Of a stretch of DNA of 64,000 bases, positions 1-12,727 are shown piece by piece. This DNA comes from Antedon mediterranea (Eukaryota; Animalia; Echinodermata), in NCBI RefSeq assembly GCF_964355755.1, contig NC_092670.1:238201-302200 (forward strand). The letters run 5' to 3'. The notes below the pieces were generated by a model. The model ran no database searches. It saw nothing but the letters and a program-made list of their open reading frames with translations, and had not been told where the DNA came from. Position 1 is the stretch's first letter. Each line of letters opens with the position of its first letter. Position numbers and translations under genes: made by a program.

Positions 1-1553
1 CATTTTGGCAAAATGTATATAAGGAATCGTCAAGTTAAACCTGATTTTACATATTCCAACAATGTTGATACTTTGAATTTTCCGAGATGGAGTAACGGGC
101 CATCTGTGGTCATTTATTGCCATGTTAGGCTATTTTTATTGCTAATAAAGAAATGAAAACAAGGATAACATTATGAAAATGTATTTCAACAACATTAACA
201 TCAATTCCTTCTCAACCTTTACTTATTTCTCCTTTTTTTTTAATTACTGCAAGACTACCTTTCTACTAATAATAAACCGTGTCATCTTGTATATATACCA
301 GAATTCAAGGTTTTAGGTTCGAATCCAATCGCTTTCCAAAAACACGCAAAACAAGCTTTTCTGGATTTAGCAATTTAAACATGTTTTGGTTAAAAGTCAT
401 TTTTTTCAAGGTTCATGTAATGATAATACTCCAATGAGGACATTGAATAGTGAAATCTATTTCTCTTGGGGAAAACATATGAGTCTGGGAAGGAAGTGTT
501 GAGTACACACCCAGCACAACCCCCTATGGTTATAGTGCTGGCAGACAACATACACAAACTACATCAGCAATGATGTTTTATCTTATTTCAAATATTAACT
601 AAATTTATTTACTATAAGAGAATAAACATATCAATGATTAAATACAGTAGTATTAGTTGCATTTAGGATACAAGTTTTAAAAGCAAGAATAATATAATTC
701 TATAATTCTTTGTATTATGTATTTGGATTTAGGTAGAAAATACCATGACATTTATTAACAATCTATCCCAGATTTCACTTGACAAAATCAATACAAGTTC
801 CTTTAAATGTGTTACAATGAAGTACATCTGGCAGTTCCTGACATATCTTATTTAACGTTGTAGTACATAGATATTAAGGGACAAATGATAGTCAGATTGT
901 ATCCATTGTGAGAAAGTAAGTAGCATACCAAATGAGCAAAAAGTATGATTAATAACATCTGAAATCATGACAATTTGATATTCGTTTGCGAGGGAATAGG
1001 ATATTGACAAGATTCTGCTTCGAGGCACTAACGATAAAGTGAACAGAATCAAACTTTGTGAATATTCTTCATCGGTATAAGTTGCTGTCATCACTGGATT
1101 CTAAATGCTTGAAGGCTGATTAAAATTGATTTCAAAAACTAGGCATACCTCCTTAAGTTTTCTAATTGAAATAGATTTTTGGTAGGGTTGTCATTATGGG
1201 ATGGTTCATCTTAAAATCGATTGTGTAAAATTGGAGGGGAGTAAAGCGTTTTATTAAATTGTAGTTTTAACTTTTCTTTATAAATTTAATTAGTTTATAA
1301 CGCTCATAATGAATATCTGGTATGACTAAATTATATTACCACTTACTAGATATTTCTATTCTTTTGGGGATGACATTTTAGAGAGAATTGTAAACGTATT
1401 CACCCTTAAGTATCTATGATCCTTATCTAACCACTTTAAGTACCCGCCGGCTGAAGTTAAGAACGAATCTCACTGAGTGGTCGTAAGATGAAGATGCCAA
1501 TAACAACAGTATATGCATTAAGACTAGCACTTGATAGCAACAGATTGATAAAA

Positions 1554-1722
1554 TATGTCCCCCCTGCAGGGGCAAGGTATGTCCCCCCTGCAGGGGCAAG
1601 GTATGTCCCCCCTGCAGGGGCAAGGTATGTCCCCCCTGCAGGGGCAAGGTATGTCCCCCCTGCAGGGGCAAGGTATGTCCCCCCTGCAGGGGTAAGGTAT
1701 GTCCCCCCTGCAGGGGCAAGGT
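1554..1722. repeat. 24-bp minisatellite x7 (TATGTCCCCCCTGCAGGGGCAAGG) in netrin intron 1
   Basis: Seven near-identical units visible; explains the repetitive ORFs 1423..1719 and 1488..1763. Confidence 0.97.
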
Positions 1723-3624
1723 CTCAGTTTGGGGGTTCTATATCTACCTTGAATTCCTTCTAAATCTTGATTTATTTGAAAGTCAAAATCAACAATTTAA
1801 AATGATGCTTGGTTAATGACTTACAGTAATTCAGCTAAAAAGAAAGTAGGGCGGAAGTAGCTGGTCATTTCTAGCCGTAAATTATTAAATTATGCTTGTA
1901 AAATGGTTGGCAACTAATACAAATTATACTTAATATTGAAGTATCCTGAAGAGTAATACTTTAATATCATATCAATCAATAGTGTGATAGATTTAGTTGC
2001 AAACAAATATTTAAGTTTAATAATTGGAACCTGGAATGTATGAGTTTTATTAAACTGTAATTGTTATAATATATTACATTATATTACAGCATAGAGAATT
2101 ATTTCTGCATTAATAACATTCATTAAAATATTGAGTACGCACCATAGTTTACTTCAAATTGCTTGTTTAATTAATTATGCTTCTTCATTTAAGCATATCT
2201 ATAAAATAAATGAAGATAACATCATCTTTTAATGGAAAGGGTGAAATTAAGGCATGTTGAGAGGCGATTCTCTAGCAATGAAGGTTATCATGCAGCTGGT
2301 TAGCCGATAAAATGACAGATCTGAAAATTGATTTGAACAGGCCTAGGGAGAAATGCACATAACTAGAAACTACTGGTTAATAATGAGGGTAGCCAAACGG
2401 TCAAATCAAAGATCACTATCTTATATTATCAATAAATACAGTCCCGTTTGAAACTGAAATTGTTCGCTACTACTTGTAGTGTGATACGATTTCAGAATAT
2501 TGTCTGCACCTGGCTCTCTCGCTTTAATGTAACCTTAGTAACAAGATTTTGATAGAAACTGGTTGCTAGAAGCGACCACTGTGTACCACACACAGACGGT
2601 GTGCAATTCTAGATGCAGAGATGTAATTTGTCAGATTAGCAGCACAGTGTACATGTTAGGAAGTTCTCGCATTGCAAGTGCGTCACATAATGCTTTTAAC
2701 GCGGCTAGGCCGTTTGATCAGAAGGCCATACACTACTTCAATTATTGTGGAATATACAGAACTATAAAACACATTTAAATTTAATAATTTGAAAGATACA
2801 TAAATTTAAGCCTGTGCTATTTGAAATTTGTAAGCATAGGTATTGTGTGTGAGTATTGAGTACTGAAACTAGTTTATCTTTAATTACTGCAGCATTAACT
2901 ATTTTACTGCAGTTCTATTTGAATTTGGCTAAAGAACTAAAGACTGCATTCCTAAGCTAAAGGTTCACAGTACATTACAGTAAATATTTCAAAATTCTGC
3001 CAATTTCTATTTAAACTATCATCTAATGAGATGTCAAAGAACTCTACAATATTTTCATTCATGGTTTGCTTGGTGCTCTACTATATTTTAGTGCATCCCT
3101 TACTATACTCATAAATAACTAATGCCACAGATATCTATGTTGTAGCCAAAGCCGCTTGCACAAGTGTTGTTAATGTTGGTGTAAAGGCCAAGCTGGTAAT
3201 ATCTCTTGGGCCTCCTTGGACACATTACATTTAGCGTTCAAAAGTAGCCTATCCCCTTTGCACTCTGTCAACACATACATGATGTAGAAGACTGTAGTTT
3301 ATGTAACATATTTATTATTGATATAAAGTTTATTTTAAATTTAAAATCTAAAGCCTATAATTCTGTTTTCTTGTTTGTAACTTTATCATACTTTGATAAT
3401 AACAAAATGTATAGATTTGATATAGATTGACCTTACAAAATAATTTGAAAATTAGATCCTTTTTCTACTCCATGTGAAATGGACAGTTGTCTTGTAGTTT
3501 GATTAAAATTGATTAAAAGAAAAATGTTAACTACACTAAGCGCCAGACAGAAGGAGAATCATTTACTTGTTGGAGCCAGAATGTTGACTACCACATTATA
3601 TATTGTAATGAAGATTTGTGTTTC

Positions 3625-3768
3625 TATTTCTGCTGACTTTATTTTGTATCGTACAGTATGATAACATGTGGCATTCATGTATAGGTGATGTATAGTATTT
3701 CTGCTGACTTTATTTTGTATCGTACAGTATGATAACATGTGGCATTCATGTATAGGTGATGTATAGTT
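3625..3768. repeat. ~71-bp direct duplication
   Basis: TATTTCTGCTGACTTTATTTTGTATCGTACAGTATGATAACATGTGGC... occurs twice in tandem. Confidence 0.9.
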
Positions 3769-5698
3769 CATACAGTATAACTACATGTGATGTATGGTTC
3801 ACATAGAGTAATTCATGCATAGTACATCACCACATGTAACATCAAGGGTTCAAATATCAATAGTATCAGTTTTAACAACAATCCTGATTTAATTATCTAG
3901 ATCTTATTCCACAAGGACAATGTGTCTGCCATATAAAAGCATAAGGTAAATGAAGCATAAAATGGTCATTTGGTCATGTCAGTGTTGACAGTCTTGTTAT
4001 CCACTCTGTCACCTCTTTCCTAATTCTCTGTTTTAATTAGAAGGATCTTCCTTAATAGGATATTGCACTTGTTTATTGTCTTTAGGCATGTTTTAAAGAG
4101 TTTGGTAATCACCATGGTGTGAATTGTTTTGACAGGGTTATGTAATTAGCCATCCAGGAAATACCACTGTGGTTTAAACCACAAAACATCACCTCCACCA
4201 CCACCACCACCTTCTTATTTTACATGCTTTGAAAAAAAAAGTAGGATTTATAAACACAAGAAGGAGTTATAATAATTAATATAAGCTATAATAATGAGGA
4301 ATATAACTACTTACTAGGGCATGATCTGTTTTTTTTCTTTACTCTCATGTTTGTCTATTAACAAGGTAAACCTTAACAAATAGAAGAATAACAGCAACCT
4401 GGTTTTTAAATTGTTTTGCTATTTCAATGATTACCTGCCTTCTTGCACTTTAGTGCTGGGTTTCATATTTAGAGTGTTACTTTGAATGTGTGTGACGAAC
4501 TTACTAATTAGTCAAAACATTAATGTTTATTACAGTTTGTTGTGAAATGGGATGATCATTTTAATTGCAATTAATTAACATCATTTATACATATCAGTTC
4601 TGACACCCATTTATTTTAATTGGTGCCTCTTTATTATGCATTGTTATGTGTGAAGGATTCTGCACCCAATTGTTTTGATATATGGGTATTCTATTGCACC
4701 CAATTGTTTTGATATATGGGTATTCTATTGCACCATTATTATGTTTATACTACACTGAAATAGTATAAACTCTAATTAAAAGAAACATAAAACTACATAA
4801 ATTGTACCAACTAAGTTTCAATATAGATTTACACTTTTTGGGATGTTGCAGTCATTTTTGGTTTAAGGTGACTTATTCAAACTTTATCTATATCAATTCG
4901 ACACTGAATCATTGCAAAATTTTTAAACAATTGGATTGTGAAATTAACTTCGTTCAAAATATTGAAATATTTGTGGTGTCTGAGCATTTCAAGTGGCCTG
5001 AATGACCGTCATGGTTTGCATATGTCCACTACAAAACAATAACTAAAGGCCATCTGTATCCTTATTATTCGTGGAAATAAGTCTGAGACATCTGTAAATA
5101 AAAATTGTATGCCATTTGTAAACTAATCACTGGGTCAATTGACCAGGACAATTACTGTGGTCATGTCGGTAAACATAGCAAATCGCTTCTTAGTGATGGT
5201 AGACACTACTACATTCATAAGCACGTTGATCATAAGGTAAATATCGTGCAGGAACATTGTGTCTGGAGATTGTAATGCATTCAGTGACTTTAATTTACCT
5301 AGTGAAAAAAGCAGGTACACCCTAATTGTTTATTATAATAATATTAATCTACTGCCGTGTTACGTCATACGAAATACTTAAAAATATAACATAAGTTATC
5401 ATAAGTTTTAAAATTAAAAGTTCTGGTATACTGGTAATGGTATATATGTGAATGTGTAAAGAATGTTATAATTATGTATTGATTTGAGCCAATAATATAT
5501 CGTCCTTCCGATTTGGATATAAACTTTTCAGAAGTAAAGGCTAAATTACCGCGTAGTTGAACTTATGTATTATAACTTTATCCTTATATAGGCCTACTTA
5601 TTACAATACGGTAACACCACGACCTACTAAACAAGGCAACAAGTAAACTGAATGAAACTACAACGGAAACTGTCTTTATGATTTAAGTAATAAAGTGG

Positions 5699-5855
5699 CA
5701 GGTCGTGGATTTTAAAATAGGAAGATGCCTAAATTGATTGGTATCCGAAGAACACAGGTCGTGGATTTTAAAATAGGAAGATGTCTAAATTGATTGGTAT
5801 CCGAAGAACACAGGTCGTGGATTTTAAAATAGGAAGGTGTCTAAATTGATTGGTA
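5699..5855. repeat. 56-bp tandem repeat x~2.8
   Basis: CAGGTCGTGGATTTTAAAATAGGAAGATG... repeated at 56-bp spacing. Confidence 0.9.
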
Positions 5856-8800
5856 ATTGACAATATCGAGTCCCATGAGACGACTTAACACTAAGCTTTT
5901 GAAATTAATTAATGGGCAAAGATCGGGGACGAGAGAACTGAGGAATTGTGACCGTTCGTAACTGTTTTAGCAGTTTTTTCTTTAAACTAAACCTTTCAGA
6001 TGTATCGTTTTGATCAAATCATGTAGGCCGAATTCACAGACCATAAATATATCAGAACAAGTATTATAATTTCAACCAGATTTCGTGTATTAGTAATCAA
6101 TCTAAAGGGATGACAGAAATGATATAAAAGAGTTTGAGGTGCGATGAGATTCGAAATGAAATCTCCGTTCTTGTTTTAGATAATATGGCTGTAGTTCGGC
6201 GTTCCACATTTCCATTCCTGGTATTGATATGGCTGTAGTTCGGCGTTCCACATTTTAAAGTTCTTATAGTGCAATAAATAACTGTTTGACAGAAAAAAAT
6301 AATCTATATTGAATGAATGATCGAAATAAAACGACTGTAGTTTGGCGTTTCATAGATAGTCCAATTGTCAGTTTGGGCCATAACACAAATAAACCACACG
6401 CACAACGATGTGTCCCATAATAGTGATACTTATTTATGGTAAGAAAAATAACAATATAACCCAAAACATGTAAATATTTTTAGAAAAGAATTTATCGTCT
6501 TATATTCCAACACACTTTACGGTAGCGAGGACTCGCGAGCTCTTCTCTTTTCCCGAGAGAAACAAACTCAACTACTTTTTGATAGATCATATTGCACTGT
6601 CTGTGCACTAAATAGTGCTTAACTCTCATCTGTCAGTTCTATTTTTGCCAAAAAGATGAGAGAAATTGCAATTCTCGGATCTAGATAATGTAATTGAACC
6701 GTCTGATTATTTACATCTGTTTTGCAATTGGAATCGACTAGACCTATAATATATTAATACAGTAATAAGAAAGTAGAATATGTGCTCATCGTTTTGTCGA
6801 AAACGTTTTGTATAGACACTGTAAAACTGTATTTAACCGTATAAGAAAATATAGGCCTGCTTTAAATTCTAAAAAATAGGATTCTAAAAATCTACATTAA
6901 TTATAACAACAAATTGGGATCTTTTATAACAAATAAAAAATCGTCACTCTGAAATTAGGCCTATAAGAAATATAAATTTGAATAAAAATACAGTTTATAG
7001 GCCTATACAGTATCATTAAATTGACATTGTGATAAAATGACTCGAGCCTAAATAATCTCAATTAAAAAAATGAAATTCGTATTTTAATATTTATTTCTAT
7101 TGTTTAACAAATAATGTTTGTCTGATCTGTTTCAAATTATTTGATAATTGATTATAATCAACATTTAGTTTCTAAATCCATAAATTGGCGCCAAATGCAA
7201 TAATGTGTTATGCCAGTAATATTCCTAGTAAGACTGTGCTTAAATCATTAGTCACGACAATGATGTAGTTCCTGTGTTCGATTAATTCAAGTCGCACAGT
7301 TTTCACTATATGGATAATCAGGATGTTTAGTAATTTACCAAATTACAACCGGTAAAGAAATCCCAAACTTGACATTTACATTAAACCACGTCTACAGATC
7401 CTTACTTTCTAATATTATTAATACTAATAGCTAAGCATGTAAGCATCAGCAATACGGTATTATTAAAGAGTTTTAAAAGTCTATAAAACAAAGTTTGTCT
7501 AAATTTATTTATCGGCTGCAGAATTATATTTTTACAAATGACGTGTTTTGCGACGATAAGTACTAGGCCCTGGACTTCTAAATACTAGGCCCTGTATTTG
7601 ATACTCTGGGGTGTTCCAACGGGATACTAACTGCAACCGGCGTTGATAGATTTATCATAATTCGGCCTGCACACGTTTACGCCTCATATATTGGATAAAT
7701 CAGAATTAATACTTTCAGAGTTCACGGCAGGAAAACTATGCCAAAAGATTGTAATCAAATAAAAAAAACTACGTCAATTTGATTTAGATCTATTCACGTA
7801 TCCAAGAACTGATTGTATCGTTATTTAGAAGGAATTATTCTCATTTGTATGTTAGGTATAACGTTACAAAATTAAACAAGTCATCTTTGTTAAAACCTGT
7901 AGCCTATACGAACGATCAAAGAGAATAAGTCTTTTATTGGAACATTTAGAAATTATCAACTTTGTGAATTGGAACACTCGATTTAAACTAGTTCAACCAA
8001 CAAATAATACATACGGAATACTTTAAGGTGTTAAAAGTAGATCAACATTTTAAACTCACCAACCTTATAGAAATTAACAAAAAGGGGTTTGAAAAACGAA
8101 TGACTGCATGGTCTATGCTTGCGTATTTAATTTACCAACAGACCTGCGTCTGCTGAGTGGCTCCAAGATGTTGATGGTATGGGATTGATAAGTTGGAATA
8201 ATCAATAATTGTGAAAGTAACGGTAGTTGTTCTTTACTCGGGAATTAAGCACTGAATGATAGCCTACTTGTTTGTTGAATCGTCGTAAATTCGATTGACC
8301 ATAAATATATTACGATGATGACACTTTGTTTGAAGAGTAGTATAATATAGGGCTATAAGTCAAGTATATTTGTTTTCTAAGATAAGGTTGATGTACGTAA
8401 AGCACACACGCCACATGTAGTAGTTATATTAATCTGTGTCGTCGTCGACGAGCAGCGACATATTTTCCTGGACGTCTGTGATCTCTACCTCCGACGACGT
8501 CCAGAAAATAAAGTGTCGCCGCGGGCCGAGTACGAGTACGGTACGACGCTAAATCCCAAAGAAATTCAAACGCTACGTCCTAAAACTAAAGGCACACCGT
8601 ACTAGTTGATACCGACTGCTAGTTAAACTTACTATTTATTCCCAAAAGGGAAAAATACATTTTGAAAATGTTTCAATAGTAGAAATCAATGCAGTGATTT
8701 TTACGTGATATTTGACGTGGGATATTGACCGTATAACCCGTTACGACAAACGTACGTCGAACTTAATTATAATATTCTAACGAATTACTTTCTAAATAGA

Positions 8801-9066
8801 TGTAGGCCTATTATATTAAGCACGAATGTTTGCCCAGAGGTTACAGGCCGGCTAAATGAAAGGTAATAATTGCTTGTTTTCTACACATTATGACGAATTA
8901 TGATTGTGAAATGTGAAGCTATAGTTAAAGAGTAAAAACCGCGTATAAAACCTGTAACACAACCTGGAGCATTAGTGATTTAGCTCACAATGCGTAATAA
9001 ACATGTCGATTCTACGTTCTGAAAATAAGATATGATTAGTGACTCTTACGTCATGATGTTACTTAC

Positions 9067-10051
9067 GGACACATTCGTTAGCCTCCCTGACCGTTGCTCT
9101 TGACCATGGTCTGTCAAAATGAAATGGCTTACATCTCTCGCATTCTAGTCCAGCCGTATTATGCTTGCAGTCGCACGTAAGTTGTCCACTACGGTCCTCG
9201 ATACAGCGCGATGCGTGACCATTACACTTGCACCGTCCACCGACGCTAAAATCCGACACGGCGTAGAATTGGTTTTCTTTATTACCCGTCAGCGCGTCGG
9301 GCGTAAACAGACGATTGAAGACGACTTTTACGTCAGTCGCCGTCACCCAATCCTGCAAAACTGGACTGTTATCGAAATCGTAGGCCGACGGGCGACCTTC
9401 AAGCGTGCTGAACGCAATTCGTCCGCCGCTATATGGATCCGAGTGACTATGTGAATCAACACATAATGCTTCTTGTTCATTCATTTTACTGATTTCCATG
9501 TTTTTTTGAATTCCGTAGAACCGTCGACATTGTGTTGAGTAATACTGATAAGGCTGCCAATTTTTACCGTAATCTTGTGATTTATAGATAACCATAGACT
9601 CAGGTCTGGCTGAACAAAATTCCAACGTGATGTACGTAAGTTGAAACTTTTTGCCCAGGACAAGCTGGAGTGAAACATTATGAGGGCTGGTCGTAAAAGG
9701 CTCTGATTGCCAACATGTCAGGTTATTTGGGTTGTGCAGGTCCGTTATATATTCCGGAGGATGCGATAACTTGGGATTCGTATTGTCACATGACTCGCAT
9801 GTACGTGCGTGTTCGCTGTCAACCGCGCGCGTGCAGTGGCGGGTCGGCGTAGCACCGCATGTTGATGAAGCGTGTACTTTTTTCCCAAATGCTTGATTTC
9901 CAAATTCTGGCATACACCTTTTTGGGTTACCATTGTCGTCCATACATGGGTTTACTGGTGTACTCTGCTGCCCGTTGAACAATGCGTTGATAGCTAAACT
10001 GTTTTGGAGCGCAGCTATTGCCACGAAAACGAACAGCGAAATACGAAACAT
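9067..10051 (-). CDS. NTN1: Netrin (netrin-1/UNC-6 family), first coding exon: signal peptide, laminin N-terminal (VI) domain and first laminin-EGF repeat; the rest of the gene lies left of the window
   Basis: ORF 9059..10051 has a signal peptide and netrin hallmarks ([91 protein letters not shown]). It ends at a phase-1 GTAAGT donor (9066..9061). Confidence 0.96.
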
Positions 10052-10309
10052 TTTCAGTTTTCCAATTTACAATAAAAACAATTCTTCAAAAAACGACTTT
10101 CCAAAATGTCCAACCGCAATATCACGACAAGCAAAATAGAAAATATCCTTAAAAACGAAAAAAAAAATGTTTTAAGTTTATGCACAATCTGTTGTATCAC
10201 ACTCTGAACTTAAGTTCATTCTTAGGATGAAAAACTTCCGATGTAAACTCTCTTCGGATAAAACGTCTCTTGTTTTAAGTTGTTCTCTTGGTTATTACCG
10301 TTTGTGGAA

Positions 10310-10530
10310 AACTAAAGTATATACTAGTAGCCGACTTCCAAATCGAAAATCCCCGACAAATAAGAAGTTGTCGACAAGTTGTCATACATAGGTCTGTGTG
10401 GCTAACTATTGGCTGGTCGTGAAATGACTTAATCGGCGGCAATCACGTGTCTATCATTGTGACGTTCAAGTTTTCAAGTAAAATGGGCGGAGTATTTTTC
10501 CGCTCACCTCAACCTGTCACTCACGGTGAC
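10310..10530 (-). promoter_or_regulatory. Putative netrin proximal promoter
   Basis: About 260-480 bp upstream of the ATG: TATA-like TATATA (~10320), CCAAT (ATTGG ~10408), E-box CACGTG (~10444), CRE-like TGACGT (~10460) and GC box GGGCGG (~10485). Motif matches only. Confidence 0.45.
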
Positions 10531-12592
10531 GCTAAGTTAGCCGTATTAAATTAAAAGTTTGAGTAATTCACATTGTTAGTAAACAGCCGACTGTACGTTT
10601 AATATTTATAACTCACAAAGTGATGTAAATAAAACTCAAATTGGTAAATCTTAATAACCAACTTGTACGTGTAAACATGAACTAACACTCTAACGTGTAA
10701 ATAACGTTGCCGCTAATTAATAGGCAAATGAATCTATAAATTGTACGTGTTCACACGTTTGTTGGCTATAGCCGGCAATTTAGGCGTAAACTCGCTAATT
10801 GATTGGCATAATCAAGTAATAAGTATTTTACCCCAGTAGTTAATCCGACAACTATGACACGTCTTTTTAAGCACTGTTCTGAGCATTAAATCGGTGTGAT
10901 GATATGTCAGAAACTGCTCTGTGTAAAGATCAAGGGATGAGTGGACACGGGCCGTAAGCAATTAATTTTGAAACAAAAATGCTTATTGCAGCTGTCTCAG
11001 TTTTAAACAACATTTATCATTAACTTAAAATTAAGCCTTTAAAAATAATTCATATTTAAAATGTGGTTTTTATATAACTTTTTTATTAGTATTATGCAGT
11101 GGGCGTACACACACACGTTTTATATACCGTACTACTCTATGTTCTTGATAATAGTTATATTATACCATATGATGTACAGTATTAAATATAAGTTTATTTG
11201 TCGTTGTCGTGCATTGTAGTTTATTTTGTTGTGTTGTAATACTTTCTCAGGTTCCATTCAAATCGTTAAATAATACGTGCTAAGTATATTGCAAAACCTT
11301 GGTTTATCTTGTTTATACATTTCGTGATTTATTTTTGTTTGCCGTTAAACAAACATGAAATGATGTCAAATTATTGTTGTTTAATATTATTTTGTTTACT
11401 TTGTCAATATTTAAAACAGTAATCTGTATGATTCATGGTTAGTGTCGCATGGCGCATCTTGACCTTTATCGAGTTATTACGCGGCGGCGGATGGATCTAT
11501 GCCCATCAAATTCAGTTAGGGTCCGAATTAGGACCGCCGCGCATGTTGGTGATAATTACTTGTCACCCTTATTAGAAAAGTCTTTACGGAGTGCTCAAAC
11601 ACAGATTCCATTACTATTGGAAATATGTAGTATCTCTCTGTATAGATCTGTTATAGAGGGCGGATATTGAATTGAATGAATACTGTAATGGGAAATGTGA
11701 TAATGCTGCAGTAAACTTTATTAGACGTTATATATTGTAGCCTACATTACACTGTATACTACAGTAGTTTTCTTATAAGAAAACAAAGACTAGAGGCCCT
11801 ACAGATCGAATGGTGGTTAGTTTGCGTGTATTTTTTTTCTAATTTTTTTTGTTGAGGTTCATTCATCTGACATCTCGCAATCCACACCTAACCTTACAGA
11901 CAGTAGGACTATGTTGGTTTTGCGTAAAATGTTTGACGTAATGGATATCAGTGAATGTGATGATGAAATAAGATCCATCCATATGCGTATCTCACGTACG
12001 AGTTGTCACCGATCAGGCAAACATCAACATGTCAAAGACATGTATACAAACAAATAGCGAAGCCACCATAAAAGGTTTAATCCTAGAATTATAATTCAAA
12101 TTGTTGTTTAAGCAAGTTATAGGAATAAACATGCCATATGTGTTTTAAAGCATATTGTGAAAAGTGTGTAGGTCTACCGGTATAAACAAAAGTGGCTTAT
12201 TATACCACATGTTTTTACACTTTTACGATAACATATTACATTTTTATTGAACATACTTATTCTGTTGTATAAAATGACGTCAAATAAACGTCATTGTCAT
12301 TGGGTTTATAAGGACGAAAGTTATATGATGAACAAATTGAACCGGACATTGGTCGGAGAATACTAACTATTGTTTTGAAAGTCGTATCTCCTTATTTGAT
12401 TCACTGTTAAGTTAAGCCTGTTTTGTTGGGAAGATTAATTTTACCAGATTGGATCTGCCGTAAGTATGCCTATTATAGAGATAAGATCTGGTAGTAGGCC
12501 GGTAGTTAAATTTAAAAAATGTGAATCCATGTGTCACTTTGATAGGCATATTCTTGTATACTTATGTAGACATATTCACGTAAATTAAGTGA

Positions 12593-12727
12593 TTAAATAT
12601 ATTACTTATCTGGAGGACCAAACTTAAAGCCTTGGCTTAATGCGTCCTCCTCACACAATTGTATTTATTAATTTATGTTTCTGTTCATATTGTATTGTAT
12701 TGTGTGAAACAATAAACTTGAACTTGA
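12593..12727 (+). mobile_element. 3'-end stub of a CR1/L2-group LINE (same family as 51121..51616)
   Basis: ~130 bp nearly identical to 51468..51607, ending in AATAAA plus an (AACTTG)n tail. Confidence 0.8.

Noticed and set aside
890-1095. Possible C/D snoRNA (GTGATGA ... CTGA on the minus strand)
   Set aside because: Boxes are ~200 nt apart with no convincing terminal stem or recognisable guide.
1423-1763. Repetitive ORFs (PLQGGHTL / YVPPAGAR)
   Set aside because: Translations of a 24-bp minisatellite; no splice or homology support.
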